DNA from: a virus
Lineage: Duplodnaviria; Heunggongvirae; Uroviricota; Caudoviricetes
IMG/VR virus record: IMGVR_UViG_3300028549_001428
Length of the DNA: 64,000 nucleotides
Direction: 5' to 3' (one strand)
Below, one piece after another: positions 28,175 to 37,065 of the stretch (its first letter is position 1; every line of letters begins with the position of its first letter). The notes beneath the pieces are model-generated. The model did not search any database and had not been told where the DNA came from. It saw only the letters and a program-made list of their open reading frames with translations. A program made the translations under genes and the position numbers.

Positions 28175-29563
28175 TTATTGTAATATATTTAATTTATTGC
28201 TTGCACGAGTAAATGCAACATATTTTAATTGATTTCGCTGAACATCATCCCACGTCAAACGATTCAAATCACGTTCAACTACATACACTTTTTTAACTGT
28301 GCTTCCTTGGCTCTTGTGTGTAGTCATAGCGTAAGAATATTTAACCCAAGAATAACCTTCCTTGAAATTAAAGTATTCAGTCCATGCTTCTGCTTTGGTA
28401 TATGCATTCTTCATGGTTCCGTTTTTATCGGGTATTTGTTTAATTAATCTAGATTTAGCCTTGGACGCTAATTGACCCAACGCACCATAATATAATTCAA
28501 CATCTTCTTTATGTACTACACTGATTACTTTCTTAACCTGATCTTCTTCAGGATCTTCATAGTTAATAACTCTTAAATCCCATATACGGAATCCATACTC
28601 GCCATCAACTGACGTATCTACATTCAATACACGCAGACGCTGACCAGCATTATAAATAATCTTAGATACTTTAGAATTAATTCGTTCAGTAATTGGCTCA
28701 TCGGCAATTAGGTTTTCACCTACGACATATTCAAGTAATGTATCTGATTGAAATAATCTCTTTCTAATCTGCTGATTCATCGCATAAATTGCTTTATTTG
28801 TATAGGCAATACTTCTAACATAATTATTATCAGTCTTATACTCATCTGAGCAGAAATCAGTATATAAGTCTTCCATGAACTCATCACGAGAATCATAGAA
28901 ATGAATGCCATCACCCCTTTCATTTATTTTAGTATCTCGTGCAAATACATCTTCAGCAGAATGTAAATTGTTTCGGATATCAGTAACAACACCAATAATA
29001 GGATTGTCCTTTGCGGTTCTCATTACCTGTGTTAGTTCAACTTTATTCTTTAAATTGAATACAATTGATTTCTTAATTCCCTTTTTTGTATCCTGTATTG
29101 GAGGTAATTGTGCATCATCTCCAATATAGATTACCTTCAAATAGCTAAATTGTCTCAATGCCTGTTCTATTTTTTGTACTATATCATGGTCAAGCATAGA
29201 ACATTCATCAATAACGACCAAATCATACTCTTGGATTTTTTGACTGCCAATAGCCATCAATATAGGATCTTTGTCATCAACGTGAACCAAAGCTAATCCA
29301 AGCAATGAATATATGGTTTTGCTAAAATTTGTACCTGTTGTTTTTGAAATCACTCTAACTGCTTCATTGGTAGGGGCAGTACAAACAACTTCTACATGAG
29401 ATTTACGCTCATTTATATACTCAAGGAACAATTTCAATATAGTTGTCTTTCCTGTACCTGCATATCCAGCCAATAACATCTGGCGATTTGCCGAAGCTAC
29501 AAACTCAATCATGTACTGCAATGCAATTTCTTGATCGGCACTTAAATCTTTTCGTTCTATCAT
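28175..29563 (-). CDS. dda: Dda/RecD-like SF1B DNA helicase
   Basis: GYAGTGKT, APTN, IDECSM, GDDAQLPP, YAMTTHKSQGST and YVAFTRA. Confidence 0.85.
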   Translation of the reverse strand: MIERKDLSADQEIALQYMIEFVASANRQMLLAGYAGTGKTTILKLFLEYINERKSHVEVVCTAPTNEAVRVISKTTGTNFSKTIYSLLGLALVHVDDKDPILMAIGSQKIQEYDLVVIDECSMLDHDIVQKIEQALRQFSYLKVIYIGDDAQLPPIQDTKKGIKKSIVFNLKNKVELTQVMRTAKDNPIIGVVTDIRNNLHSAEDVFARDTKINERGDGIHFYDSRDEFMEDLYTDFCSDEYKTDNNYVRSIAYTNKAIYAMNQQIRKRLFQSDTLLEYVVGENLIADEPITERINSKVSKIIYNAGQRLRVLNVDTSVDGEYGFRIWDLRVINYEDPEEDQVKKVISVVHKEDVELYYGALGQLASKAKSRLIKQIPDKNGTMKNAYTKAEAWTEYFNFKEGYSWVKYSYAMTTHKSQGSTVKKVYVVERDLNRLTWDDVQRNQLKYVAFTRASNKLNILQ

Positions 29564-29605
29564 ACACACAAATATAGTTAAACCCATCGAACTTTTGGTT
29601 ATTTT

Positions 29606-29613
29606 TTATAAAC
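29606..29613 (+). promoter_or_regulatory. Late-type promoter box TTATAAAC
   Basis: Upstream of 29638, with GGAG SD. Confidence 0.55.
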
Positions 29614-29637
29614 TAATATTAATTACGGAGATTTATC

Positions 29638-30360
29638 ATGCCTTTAAAATCAGGTTCATCAAATAACACAATAAAACAAAATACGAAATCATATAAAGAA
29701 ATAGGCAAATCCAAGAAGAAAAAGCCAGTTAATGAAGCATTGGAATCTTTCATAGATTCATTTAAGACATCCGAAAATGAGTTTTTCTTAGAAAGTATAG
29801 TTAAACATGGTTTGCATGTATGTTTTGAGGCATCAATGGAAGAACCAATTAATGTATTTGGTAGAAGGCTTCAATATGATGCGCCTGTTGGTAAATATTA
29901 CGATCCATCAACTGATACATATTTAGAACATGATGAATATGATTCATTAAGAAAAGCTGACGATGATGCACAACAAAAATTCAAAAGATTAATAAAGTTA
30001 GCGGTACAAAAATCCACTAGTCCTAAAGAAATCAATAAATTTATCAATGGATCACATTTGCATTGGAATCAGGACTCAGCTAGACAACTAGAACGAGAAG
30101 CAATGGCAATAGTCGGAAATCCTGTATTTGAAGATGCTACAATATCACAAGTTACTTCCCCCGATTCAACAAAAACTGTAGTCGATACCGATAAATTAAC
30201 ATCCAATGAAATTGATGTTATGCAAACTGAATTGGATAAAGTAAAAATGCAAAAAGCTGATATCGAAAAGAAGAATACAGATTTAGCAAAAACGCAACAG
30301 GATTTACAAAAAACAACTCAAGCAATGACATTAAATAATGATGCAAACAGAACTATTTAA
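29638..30360 (+). CDS. Putative virion protein with targeting motif and C-terminal coiled coil
   Basis: SFIDSFKTSENEFFLESIVKHGLHVCFEA. Confidence 0.5.
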   Translation: MPLKSGSSNNTIKQNTKSYKEIGKSKKKKPVNEALESFIDSFKTSENEFFLESIVKHGLHVCFEASMEEPINVFGRRLQYDAPVGKYYDPSTDTYLEHDEYDSLRKADDDAQQKFKRLIKLAVQKSTSPKEINKFINGSHLHWNQDSARQLEREAMAIVGNPVFEDATISQVTSPDSTKTVVDTDKLTSNEIDVMQTELDKVKMQKADIEKKNTDLAKTQQDLQKTTQAMTLNNDANRTI

Positions 30361-30874
30361 TTTTATCGATAGCCTCGATATTGAACCATCGTTGCATGAA
30401 TCAATCATGCAGGGGTTTGATTACATATTTGAATCGTATAATGCATGGAATCCTAATGTTACTCCAATAATGCCTCCATCAAGCCTTGTAGGTCAGCCTA
30501 TGGCTACCTATCAGAACATAATGAAACAACTTCCTAGTCAGGTGACTGCAAGTGGAAGTGGTAGTTCAGGTGGACCAAATGATAATTACAAATATGAACC
30601 ATCATTAGCAGAACCAACACGAGATATTAAACACGAAACTCAAACACAATGGCAAAAAGCACCAGAGTTCAGAAAATATGTTAGCAAGCCATCTAAATCA
30701 ATTGATAAAATGATTAAGACTGCAAAACAACACACACCAAATGGTGCTGAACAGTTATTTACACAAACAGGTGCTGGGTCAATGGTTAGTGGAATAGCAT
30801 CTGCTAACTTTAATCTTGATGTTCCATTGATACAAGGTGGATCGGTTGGGGGATCTTCCCCTGGTGGCTCTTAA
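30338..30874 (+). CDS. Putative virion protein with targeting motif
   Basis: FNFIDSLDIEPSLHESIMQGFDYIFES; Gly/Ser-rich. Confidence 0.5.
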   Translation: MMQTELFNFIDSLDIEPSLHESIMQGFDYIFESYNAWNPNVTPIMPPSSLVGQPMATYQNIMKQLPSQVTASGSGSSGGPNDNYKYEPSLAEPTRDIKHETQTQWQKAPEFRKYVSKPSKSIDKMIKTAKQHTPNGAEQLFTQTGAGSMVSGIASANFNLDVPLIQGGSVGGSSPGGS

Positions 30875-31188
30875 AAGAAAAATACTTTCACACACAATGC
30901 AACAATTACAATACTCATACCAATGAGTATTTTTTTGTGTCTCTCTGCTTGATTATATAAAGCAGTTGTATTCAATTGTTGAATTGTCACAATCTGCGCA
31001 TGGCGTTTTAGTAATTTATGTGCAATTTCCAATGACTGTATAATTTTCTTTATATTCTCAGCATTTCGACTTTCAATGAATTCATTACGCAATTCACCAC
31101 CCGATGAAAGTGCATTCATTTCATATTCTATCTTATCTATTTCATTATGTAATTCACTATCATCAAACATTTCGGGATTCATATTCAT
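30871..31188 (-). CDS. Hypothetical protein with C-terminal TM helix
   Basis: ILIGMSIVIVALCVKVFFF tail. Confidence 0.5.
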   Translation of the reverse strand: MNMNPEMFDDSELHNEIDKIEYEMNALSSGGELRNEFIESRNAENIKKIIQSLEIAHKLLKRHAQIVTIQQLNTTALYNQAERHKKILIGMSIVIVALCVKVFFF

Positions 31189-31679
31189 TCCTTATACAAT
31201 GGTTGGAATTGTTGTTTTTCTTTATTTTTAAATACATTCAAGGCATCGAATGCAATTCCATTCATAACTACATATGTTCCATGCTGTAGTGATTGGGAAT
31301 ATGCAATAGCACACCCAACATTAAACATAGCATCTGATTTTGCTACTACATATGGAATTATTGACCCTGTTAAAATAATTGTTTTGTCTTTCAATGTACT
31401 TAATGCTTTAGCAGTATCAACTATTGTATCTGTTCCATGAATAACAATTATACACTCATCTTCAACCGTTTTGCAATATTCTCGCATGCAAATTCTATCA
31501 GATGCATTCAAATCTAAACTGTCTTTTAACGTAATTGTTTGAATTGAATAATCCACCGTCATGCGAGATTGCTCAATAATCTGATGGATATTAGATACAG
31601 TATAAGCTAGATCTCCTTTATATTCGGAGTATACTTTATCTATAGTCCCACCAGTAATTAAAAATTTTATCTTTTTCAT
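31185..31679 (-). CDS. Short L-asparaginase-like protein
   Basis: ITGGTIDK, KDSLD, HGTDT and ILTGS. Confidence 0.85.
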   Translation of the reverse strand: MKKIKFLITGGTIDKVYSEYKGDLAYTVSNIHQIIEQSRMTVDYSIQTITLKDSLDLNASDRICMREYCKTVEDECIIVIHGTDTIVDTAKALSTLKDKTIILTGSIIPYVVAKSDAMFNVGCAIAYSQSLQHGTYVVMNGIAFDALNVFKNKEKQQFQPLYKE

Positions 31680-31693
31680 GATATTCGTTTATA

Positions 31694-32353
31694 TTATTTC
31701 TTTAATGAATCACCATACTCAGCACTTCCTACGAGTGGTGCTAATGCGCCATGAACACTACGTAACTGCTTTGGTGATTGCAAATACACAACAGCCAATT
31801 GGCAAGCTGCACCAAATGTATTACCTGAATGACCATCATCCATATCAGGAACTAACTGCTTCATTTCATCAATGAACGAATCTTTATGAAATTTAGTAAC
31901 ATTCTCTACTGTTTTACATCCATTAGCTATTTTGATTGCTTCCATGCAACAAAATAACTCATATGCTTCATACTCAACCCTGAAATTTGGATTATTTGTA
32001 CGGAATTTATCAATTCGTTGTTTGAAACATATAAGTAATGAATCATATTGAGAATCTAATTTTGATTTCGATTTCTCAAATTCATCAAGCTGACGCTGTT
32101 CATATTTAGCCAACTCTTTTTTACGATGATCTTCTAATTGCTCGTCTGTTTTATAGAATATCTTAGTTCCATTGATATCCATTCCACGAATATGAGCGAA
32201 ACCTTTACAGTGTAATGTGATAGTATCACCCACTTTAGGGACTACATTATACTTTTTATATAATACGAATCCATTACTGTCCGACATTATTGTATAGCAA
32301 TCATCCGAGTCAGTTACCTTAGTAATGACATAATCATCTATATTATCTTTCAT
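31694..32353 (-). CDS. Hypothetical phage protein
   Basis: 219-aa ORF with AGGAG SD; DGHSGNTFG motif. Confidence 0.6.
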   Translation of the reverse strand: MKDNIDDYVITKVTDSDDCYTIMSDSNGFVLYKKYNVVPKVGDTITLHCKGFAHIRGMDINGTKIFYKTDEQLEDHRKKELAKYEQRQLDEFEKSKSKLDSQYDSLLICFKQRIDKFRTNNPNFRVEYEAYELFCCMEAIKIANGCKTVENVTKFHKDSFIDEMKQLVPDMDDGHSGNTFGAACQLAVVYLQSPKQLRSVHGALAPLVGSAEYGDSLKK

Positions 32354-32365
32354 ATTCTCTCCTAG

Positions 32366-32451
32366 TGCGGATAAAGGGGTTCGAACCCTTGACGTGTATT
32401 GCTACAAAAGGATTTAGAGTCCTCCGCTTTCGACCACTCAGCCATATCCGC
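32366..32451 (-). tRNA. Amber suppressor tRNA, anticodon CUA, long variable arm (Tyr/Leu-like body)
   Basis: Acceptor GCGGATA/TATCCGC with A73; D-loop AGTGGTCGAA; anticodon arm GAGGA-CTCTAAA-TCCTT; variable stem TGTA-GCAA-TACA; T arm AAGGG-TTCGAAC-CCCTT. CCA is not encoded. Confidence 0.92.
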
Positions 32452-32478
32452 AAAAAATGAGCCATTTCTGACTCATTT
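32452..32478 (-). terminator. Terminator-like hairpin abutting the tRNA 5' end
   Basis: AAATGAGTCA-GAAA-TGGCTCA-T6 on the minus strand. Confidence 0.65.
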
Positions 32479-32480
32479 GT

Positions 32481-32509
32481 AATATAGTAAATTAATCTCT
32501 TAGTGTCAA
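32481..32509 (-). promoter_or_regulatory. Sigma70-type promoter for the tRNA, TTGACA-N17-TATATT
   Basis: Exact match. Confidence 0.75.
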
Positions 32510-32773
32510 TCGAATTTGTGATGATAGGTCTTTTACAACTTTACCAATGATTTCATCATTGAATGACTTGGAGTTCCAAGTATTTCCTTTGATAACATCA
32601 TCAATTCGTTTGATAATCAACTGATCAATTCGATCTGCATAATTATATTCAGCAAGTGCCTTTTTAGCCTGTTGTGTAACAGATTCAACTACCCACATCT
32701 GAATATCATCCTTGGTAATTCCAAGTTCATTATACATATAATTCTTAAACATAACCCATTTGCTATTATCCAT
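32492..32773 (-). CDS. Hypothetical protein
   Basis: Start moved to MDNSKW (GAGG SD), overlapping the upstream stop. Confidence 0.55.
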   Translation of the reverse strand: MDNSKWVMFKNYMYNELGITKDDIQMWVVESVTQQAKKALAEYNYADRIDQLIIKRIDDVIKGNTWNSKSFNDEIIGKVVKDLSSQIRLTLRD

Positions 32774-32957
32774 TGTTAGCCTCTCTATATTCAAGTTCAT
32801 TAATAAATTCATCTACAAAGGTGTTAATGATATCATTATTTAGCGATGAATATATACTAGGACAGCATCCATGTCTACAGCCATCATCATATTGATAATA
32901 CCATGCCTCTTCGTTTAATTTATTAATTAAAAGTTCCTTCAATAATGCCTTATCCAT
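32766..32957 (-). CDS. Small hypothetical protein
   Basis: AGGAGG SD upstream. Confidence 0.55.
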   Translation of the reverse strand: MDKALLKELLINKLNEEAWYYQYDDGCRHGCCPSIYSSLNNDIINTFVDEFINELEYREANNG

Positions 32958-32969
32958 GACAGACCTCCT

Positions 32970-33389
32970 TTATCTTATTGAGGATGCCAGTGATAAATCC
33001 ATTTTTTCATTGAAATCAATAGAATTCATTATTTCAGCGGAATCAATATACAAGGAAATCATACCCTTTAACTTATCCACATTCAAAGCCTTTTCAGTCT
33101 TTTCAGTCTTTTCAATTTCGGATAATTTGTTTCCCTTCAATAATGAATAGGCTACGTGCATATGTCTAGCATATGATTTAACGAAATACATAGCATATTG
33201 AGGATATGCAACATTTATGTTTAATGTTGTTGATATGGCTTTATATTTAGCCAATACAGCTTCTACTGCTGTTGTCGTGTCAGTTCTCTGTCATTCTTTG
33301 AATGCGTGTTTATACTGACGGGTGAATTCAGAAACCAACTTGATGTCAGCTTTGAATTTAGATAATGCGATTTTTAATTCATTGTTCAT
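32970..33389 (-). CDS. Hypothetical protein (RHMHVAYSLLKG motif) with an in-frame TGA at codon 33; readthrough, pseudogene or error
   Basis: AAGGAG SD and ATG 33389 give MNNELK...HAFKE*QRTDTTTAVEAVLAKYKA..., in frame with the listed 32970..33254 ORF. Confidence 0.65.
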
Positions 33390-33396
33390 AATAATA

Positions 33397-33510
33397 CTCC
33401 TTAAATTTGTGAACTTTGTTTGTTTTGTTTTTATCGTTACAGTACAGCCGAAAACAAACCAAATTAAGGAGGGCGGTTGTTAAATACCTACATCATGGTA
33501 TATCCTTTTA
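33397..33510 (-). promoter_or_regulatory. Leader with amber uORF (ATG ATG TAG) and SD-sequestering hairpin
   Basis: AAAGGA-6nt-ATG ATG TAG GTA TTT AAC AAC CGC CCT CCT TAA. CTCCTTAATTTG (33471-33460) is complementary to CAAATTTAAGGAG (33409-33397). Confidence 0.75.
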
Positions 33511-33535
33511 TTAAAATTATTTTCTTCATATTGGT

Positions 33536-33564
33536 AATATAGATTATTATCGCTTTCTTGTCAA
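33536..33564 (-). promoter_or_regulatory. Sigma70-type promoter TTGACA-N17-TATATT
   Basis: Exact match; drives the amber-uORF leader. Confidence 0.75.
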
Positions 33565-34026
33565 GACTTTATATAAAAAATCTTCTTTGTCTTCGGAATG
33601 CGTCAATTCCCACTTAGATTCATCAAATGATGGAAAGTATATATCACCATCATAATCACCCTTTATCTCAGAAATATGCATTTCATTTATAATATCAGCA
33701 TCTAATACTGACTTATACAACATACCACCACCAATAAAGAAAGTAGGACTAGACTTGTACTTATACAAATTCCACGCAGATTCCAACGTAGGAACTACTT
33801 TCACATCGTCGCCATGCTCAAACTTGGACGATGATATCACTATATTGTTGCGATTTAGTAGACCATTAGGGCGACCTAAAGATACAAAAGTATTCTTTCC
33901 CATCACAATAGAAGAATAGCTAGTAAGTGCTTTAAGATGCCTTAAATCGCTAGGTATATGCCAGGGCAGTATTCCATTCTTACCAATGACTCTATCTTTA
34001 GTCATAGCGACAATCAAGTTACTCAT
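33547..34026 (-). CDS. folA: Dihydrofolate reductase
   Basis: IVAMTKDRVIG..LPWHIPSDL, MGKNTF, RNNIVIS, FIGGG and GDIYFP. Confidence 0.92.
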   Translation of the reverse strand: MSNLIVAMTKDRVIGKNGILPWHIPSDLRHLKALTSYSSIVMGKNTFVSLGRPNGLLNRNNIVISSSKFEHGDDVKVVPTLESAWNLYKYKSSPTFFIGGGMLYKSVLDADIINEMHISEIKGDYDGDIYFPSFDESKWELTHSEDKEDFLYKVLTRKR

Positions 34027-34087
34027 TATGCATTTCCTGTGGCAGAACCACCATATTTTATATTTATCATTGCATTAATATAGTAAA

Positions 34088-34525
34088 TTATTTGCGGTTT
34101 GGCTCGACTGCAACATAACTTAATCGATAATCTGGTAAAATTATTCCATCAGCACCTGCAACACCATAGCCAACAGGGAAAAATTCAACCCCTGCAATAC
34201 CAGACGTTTGAATTAGTCCAGCCAACATATTACCATCACGAGTTGTTTTACATTCACAATTTATTATAAGAGATGAATTCACAATAGAAGCACCCATTAC
34301 ATAAGCCATTGCTTTTTTATCCCAAGGTTCTGATAATGGAATGTTTTTCATCTTCCGTTCTACTGGATTCATTTCTTGTATAATAATTCTTGGTTGCAAT
34401 GTAAACCGTTCCATCAGTTTATTCAATACATGCATAGGATAAATGTTTCCATCTATTGTTGGCATACCTGCAACCATTAACACAGCACTAAATTTATATC
34501 CTTCGACCTTAGTTTTTGGTGCCAT
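34088..34525 (-). CDS. Hypothetical protein, weakly prohead-protease-like
   Basis: PTIDGNIYPMHVL resembles the NxNGRxYP motif of T4 gp21-type proteases. Confidence 0.4.
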   Translation of the reverse strand: MAPKTKVEGYKFSAVLMVAGMPTIDGNIYPMHVLNKLMERFTLQPRIIIQEMNPVERKMKNIPLSEPWDKKAMAYVMGASIVNSSLIINCECKTTRDGNMLAGLIQTSGIAGVEFFPVGYGVAGADGIILPDYRLSYVAVEPNRK

Positions 34526-35204
34526 GTTCTACTCCATGCAATGCAAATTTTCTCATACGACTAACACAACGAGCTATGATAAATTTCAATCTACTTGAAT
34601 TAATACCTATTTTTATCGATAGGTCTTTTATGTTATAATTTCTGGATAGTCTTAAAATTTCCAAGTCTTCTTTTGCTTGGTCATTTAATTTACCATTAGC
34701 TTCATACACTTCTATAAGTGCATCTAATTCAATAGTACAATTTTCATCATGTGGCTGTACAAATGCTTCCATATCACCCATGTTAGAACCGTCTTGATGT
34801 TCGTTATAGTCATTAAGATCGCTATAATCTATTTTTACATCTTTCTTTTTCATAACAGGAACATGTATCAAATCATTATTGTAATTATACCAGTTCTGTA
34901 CTAAACCTCTAATGGTTTGCATTGCATAATGATAAAAGGGCATTCCTACTGCTGGATCATATGTTTCAGTTGCTTTACATAAGCCTTCATATGTGAAAGA
35001 CATTATAGAAGCCAACGGCTGATTATAATTGTATTGGTAATATATTAGATAAATCAGACGAGCATTATTTTTTAATAATTTTTGTAGATTTGCATCCTTC
35101 TTATCACTCTTGGATGGGTCTTGAATATCCTTGACTAATATATCATTAATCTCAGCACCATTGGATGGGAAGGGATGTCTTTTTATAAATTCTTCAGGAG
35201 TCAT
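34509..35204 (-). CDS. Phage RNA polymerase sigma factor (sigma70 family)
   Basis: KLLKNNARLI, EGLCKATETYDP..GMPFYHYA..IRG, LIHVP and C-terminal HTH IKDLSIKIGI. Confidence 0.8.
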   Translation of the reverse strand: MTPEEFIKRHPFPSNGAEINDILVKDIQDPSKSDKKDANLQKLLKNNARLIYLIYYQYNYNQPLASIMSFTYEGLCKATETYDPAVGMPFYHYAMQTIRGLVQNWYNYNNDLIHVPVMKKKDVKIDYSDLNDYNEHQDGSNMGDMEAFVQPHDENCTIELDALIEVYEANGKLNDQAKEDLEILRLSRNYNIKDLSIKIGINSSRLKFIIARCVSRMRKFALHGVEHGTKN

Positions 35205-35262
35205 TATGCAACCAGTATTTTCTATTAATTAAAAAATACTATATTTATTACATAATTACTAT

Positions 35263-35532
35263 TTATTTTTTAAATGATTCTATAATATCTGGAGGTAATA
35301 CCCTTTCAAGCGACTGTCTACGTCTTATCCAGTAATCAGAAACATTACGCATCAGAGTTCGAGTATTATAATCGACTTCTTTGTTTTTTATAAATGATAT
35401 GGCTTGTGTATATTGAGAATTACACAAAAGCCACTCATTCTTCAATTTTTCTAAATTACCATAAAAGCCGTCATAAATAGCTCTGGCATCTGCTGGTAAT
35501 TTATTGATTATTTGCTTGCTGAATAAATCCAT
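35263..35532 (-). CDS. Hypothetical protein
   Basis: TATATT 7 nt upstream of the ATG. Confidence 0.5.
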   Translation of the reverse strand: MDLFSKQIINKLPADARAIYDGFYGNLEKLKNEWLLCNSQYTQAISFIKNKEVDYNTRTLMRNVSDYWIRRRQSLERVLPPDIIESFKK

Positions 35533-35574
35533 ACAAACAAATATATATCAAATTAGCATATTAGACAAAATTAA

Positions 35575-35985
35575 TCACTTTACAGTTGGCTTACCGCATA
35601 TACGTTCGTATAATTCGTTAATCTCACGCTTAGTTTTATCCGATGCATCCATCATGGCTTGCATAGTTGGATACCCTGTGATTCTCCTAACCATATCATC
35701 ATCACTTTCTCTCTCACATGTGGTATCTTCACATTCCTCCACAATGCTTATTGCAGAGTATCCATTAAACCAGCTTCCGCTGTAACATAAGGATATTTCC
35801 CCTTCTTTTCGGAATGTCACTGAGAAGTCATGCTCCCATCCATTAGACTCTATTGGGTCGTTGGTGTATCCCTGTTTCTCCAATAGATCAAACAGATCAC
35901 TAGGCGTAACACCGTCTAGACTCACCTCATCTGTATCCTGACCTTTCAGAAGAAGTAACACACTATCAATTATTTTTTTACGCAT
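35575..35985 (-). CDS. Hypothetical protein
   Basis: ESNGWEHDF...SGSWFNG; acidic. Confidence 0.55.
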   Translation of the reverse strand: MRKKIIDSVLLLLKGQDTDEVSLDGVTPSDLFDLLEKQGYTNDPIESNGWEHDFSVTFRKEGEISLCYSGSWFNGYSAISIVEECEDTTCERESDDDMVRRITGYPTMQAMMDASDKTKREINELYERICGKPTVK

Positions 35986-36002
35986 AAATATACCCGTTAC
36001 AA

Positions 36003-36413
36003 TTAAGTAATATATGAAAGCATTTCGATATTAAATTTATCGAGTCTAAGTGATTTGTCAGTCACATACCGCATAATATTCTGATCGGCAAAAAGACCAA
36101 CCATATACTTTCCATCATCACGAGTGGAGAAGTATAAATTAAAGCCAAGGTGTCTCAACGATGATGTTAACTTTGTATACCCATCTTCATCAATCTTGTT
36201 GTCAATTAATTTATAAGATAGCATCAAATCATCACAACAATAGGTAGAATACCCGAAGAAGCCTTCGAAAATTTTCTTTGCAATATAATAGTTCGTGGGG
36301 AGCGTATCATTCACTCTCACCACCAATAGTTCCTTTTTGTAATATACTGCTTTTACGCCTTTTACATTACTACGAACCCATTTAATGCCCTTGATCCACT
36401 TAATAATATTCAT
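36003..36413 (-). CDS. Hypothetical protein
   Basis: GAGG SD; promoter at 36433-36461. Confidence 0.55.
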   Translation of the reverse strand: MNIIKWIKGIKWVRSNVKGVKAVYYKKELLVVRVNDTLPTNYYIAKKIFEGFFGYSTYCCDDLMLSYKLIDNKIDEDGYTKLTSSLRHLGFNLYFSTRDDGKYMVGLFADQNIMRYVTDKSLRLDKFNIEMLSYIT

Positions 36414-36432
36414 TTATTCCTCTGTTTTTGTT

Positions 36433-36461
36433 AATATAGTAATATATCAGGTGTTTGTCAA
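36433..36461 (-). promoter_or_regulatory. Sigma70-type promoter TTGACA-N17-TATATT
   Basis: Exact match. Confidence 0.75.
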
Positions 36462-36989
36462 TGATGCACATAGCAAAATATTAGAAAGATGCTCGGCTTG
36501 TTCCTTATTACATGAACTCAAATCAATGTCAATGTATACTTCTGGTGATTTACCGTCAATATTCGCAAGAAACGCAATAATCTTTTCACGTTCCATTGAG
36601 GTATAGTCATTCAGACAAAAAGTAATCTTCTTGTCTTTTTCTTGATTCACATTATTATCGATGCCAAGTGTAGTTTCAACATCGGACTTCATATTCTGTT
36701 GTAATGGAACATCCTTCTTAGTGATTGGATGATTCTTAATAAATTCTTGAAGCTGTACCAAAATGATATTACACTCTGTCGTAGACAGCTTATGATTGAT
36801 TGGAAATGATGCATAATCATTACCAGCAAAAATAACCACTGATTTGATACATCTTTCGGTGAATGTTGGATACCAGATTTTATCATTTTGTACTGTTAAT
36901 ACACAAATGCTATAATTCTGTGTTATAGATTTAAAGTGTTCAGCAAATGTGCTTGTACACCATTGACGAGCAAAAAAATTGAGATACAT
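36447..36989 (-). CDS. Hypothetical protein
   Basis: AAGGA SD; promoter at 37022-37050. Confidence 0.55.
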   Translation of the reverse strand: MYLNFFARQWCTSTFAEHFKSITQNYSICVLTVQNDKIWYPTFTERCIKSVVIFAGNDYASFPINHKLSTTECNIILVQLQEFIKNHPITKKDVPLQQNMKSDVETTLGIDNNVNQEKDKKITFCLNDYTSMEREKIIAFLANIDGKSPEVYIDIDLSSCNKEQAEHLSNILLCASLTNT

Positions 36990-37021
36990 AGGGTGTCCTT
37001 GGTTGAAGGTCTATGTATCTC

Positions 37022-37050
37022 AATATAGAAATATTATTTTAGTTTGTCAA
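37022..37050 (-). promoter_or_regulatory. Sigma70-type promoter TTGACA-N17-TATATT
   Basis: Exact match. Confidence 0.75.
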
Positions 37051-37065
37051 TTAAAAAATAAAATA

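Noticed and set aside
33250-33293. Selenocysteine at the in-frame TGA
   Set aside because: No redox-type context, and only a weak hairpin (ACAGC/GCTGT) downstream that is not a convincing SECIS.
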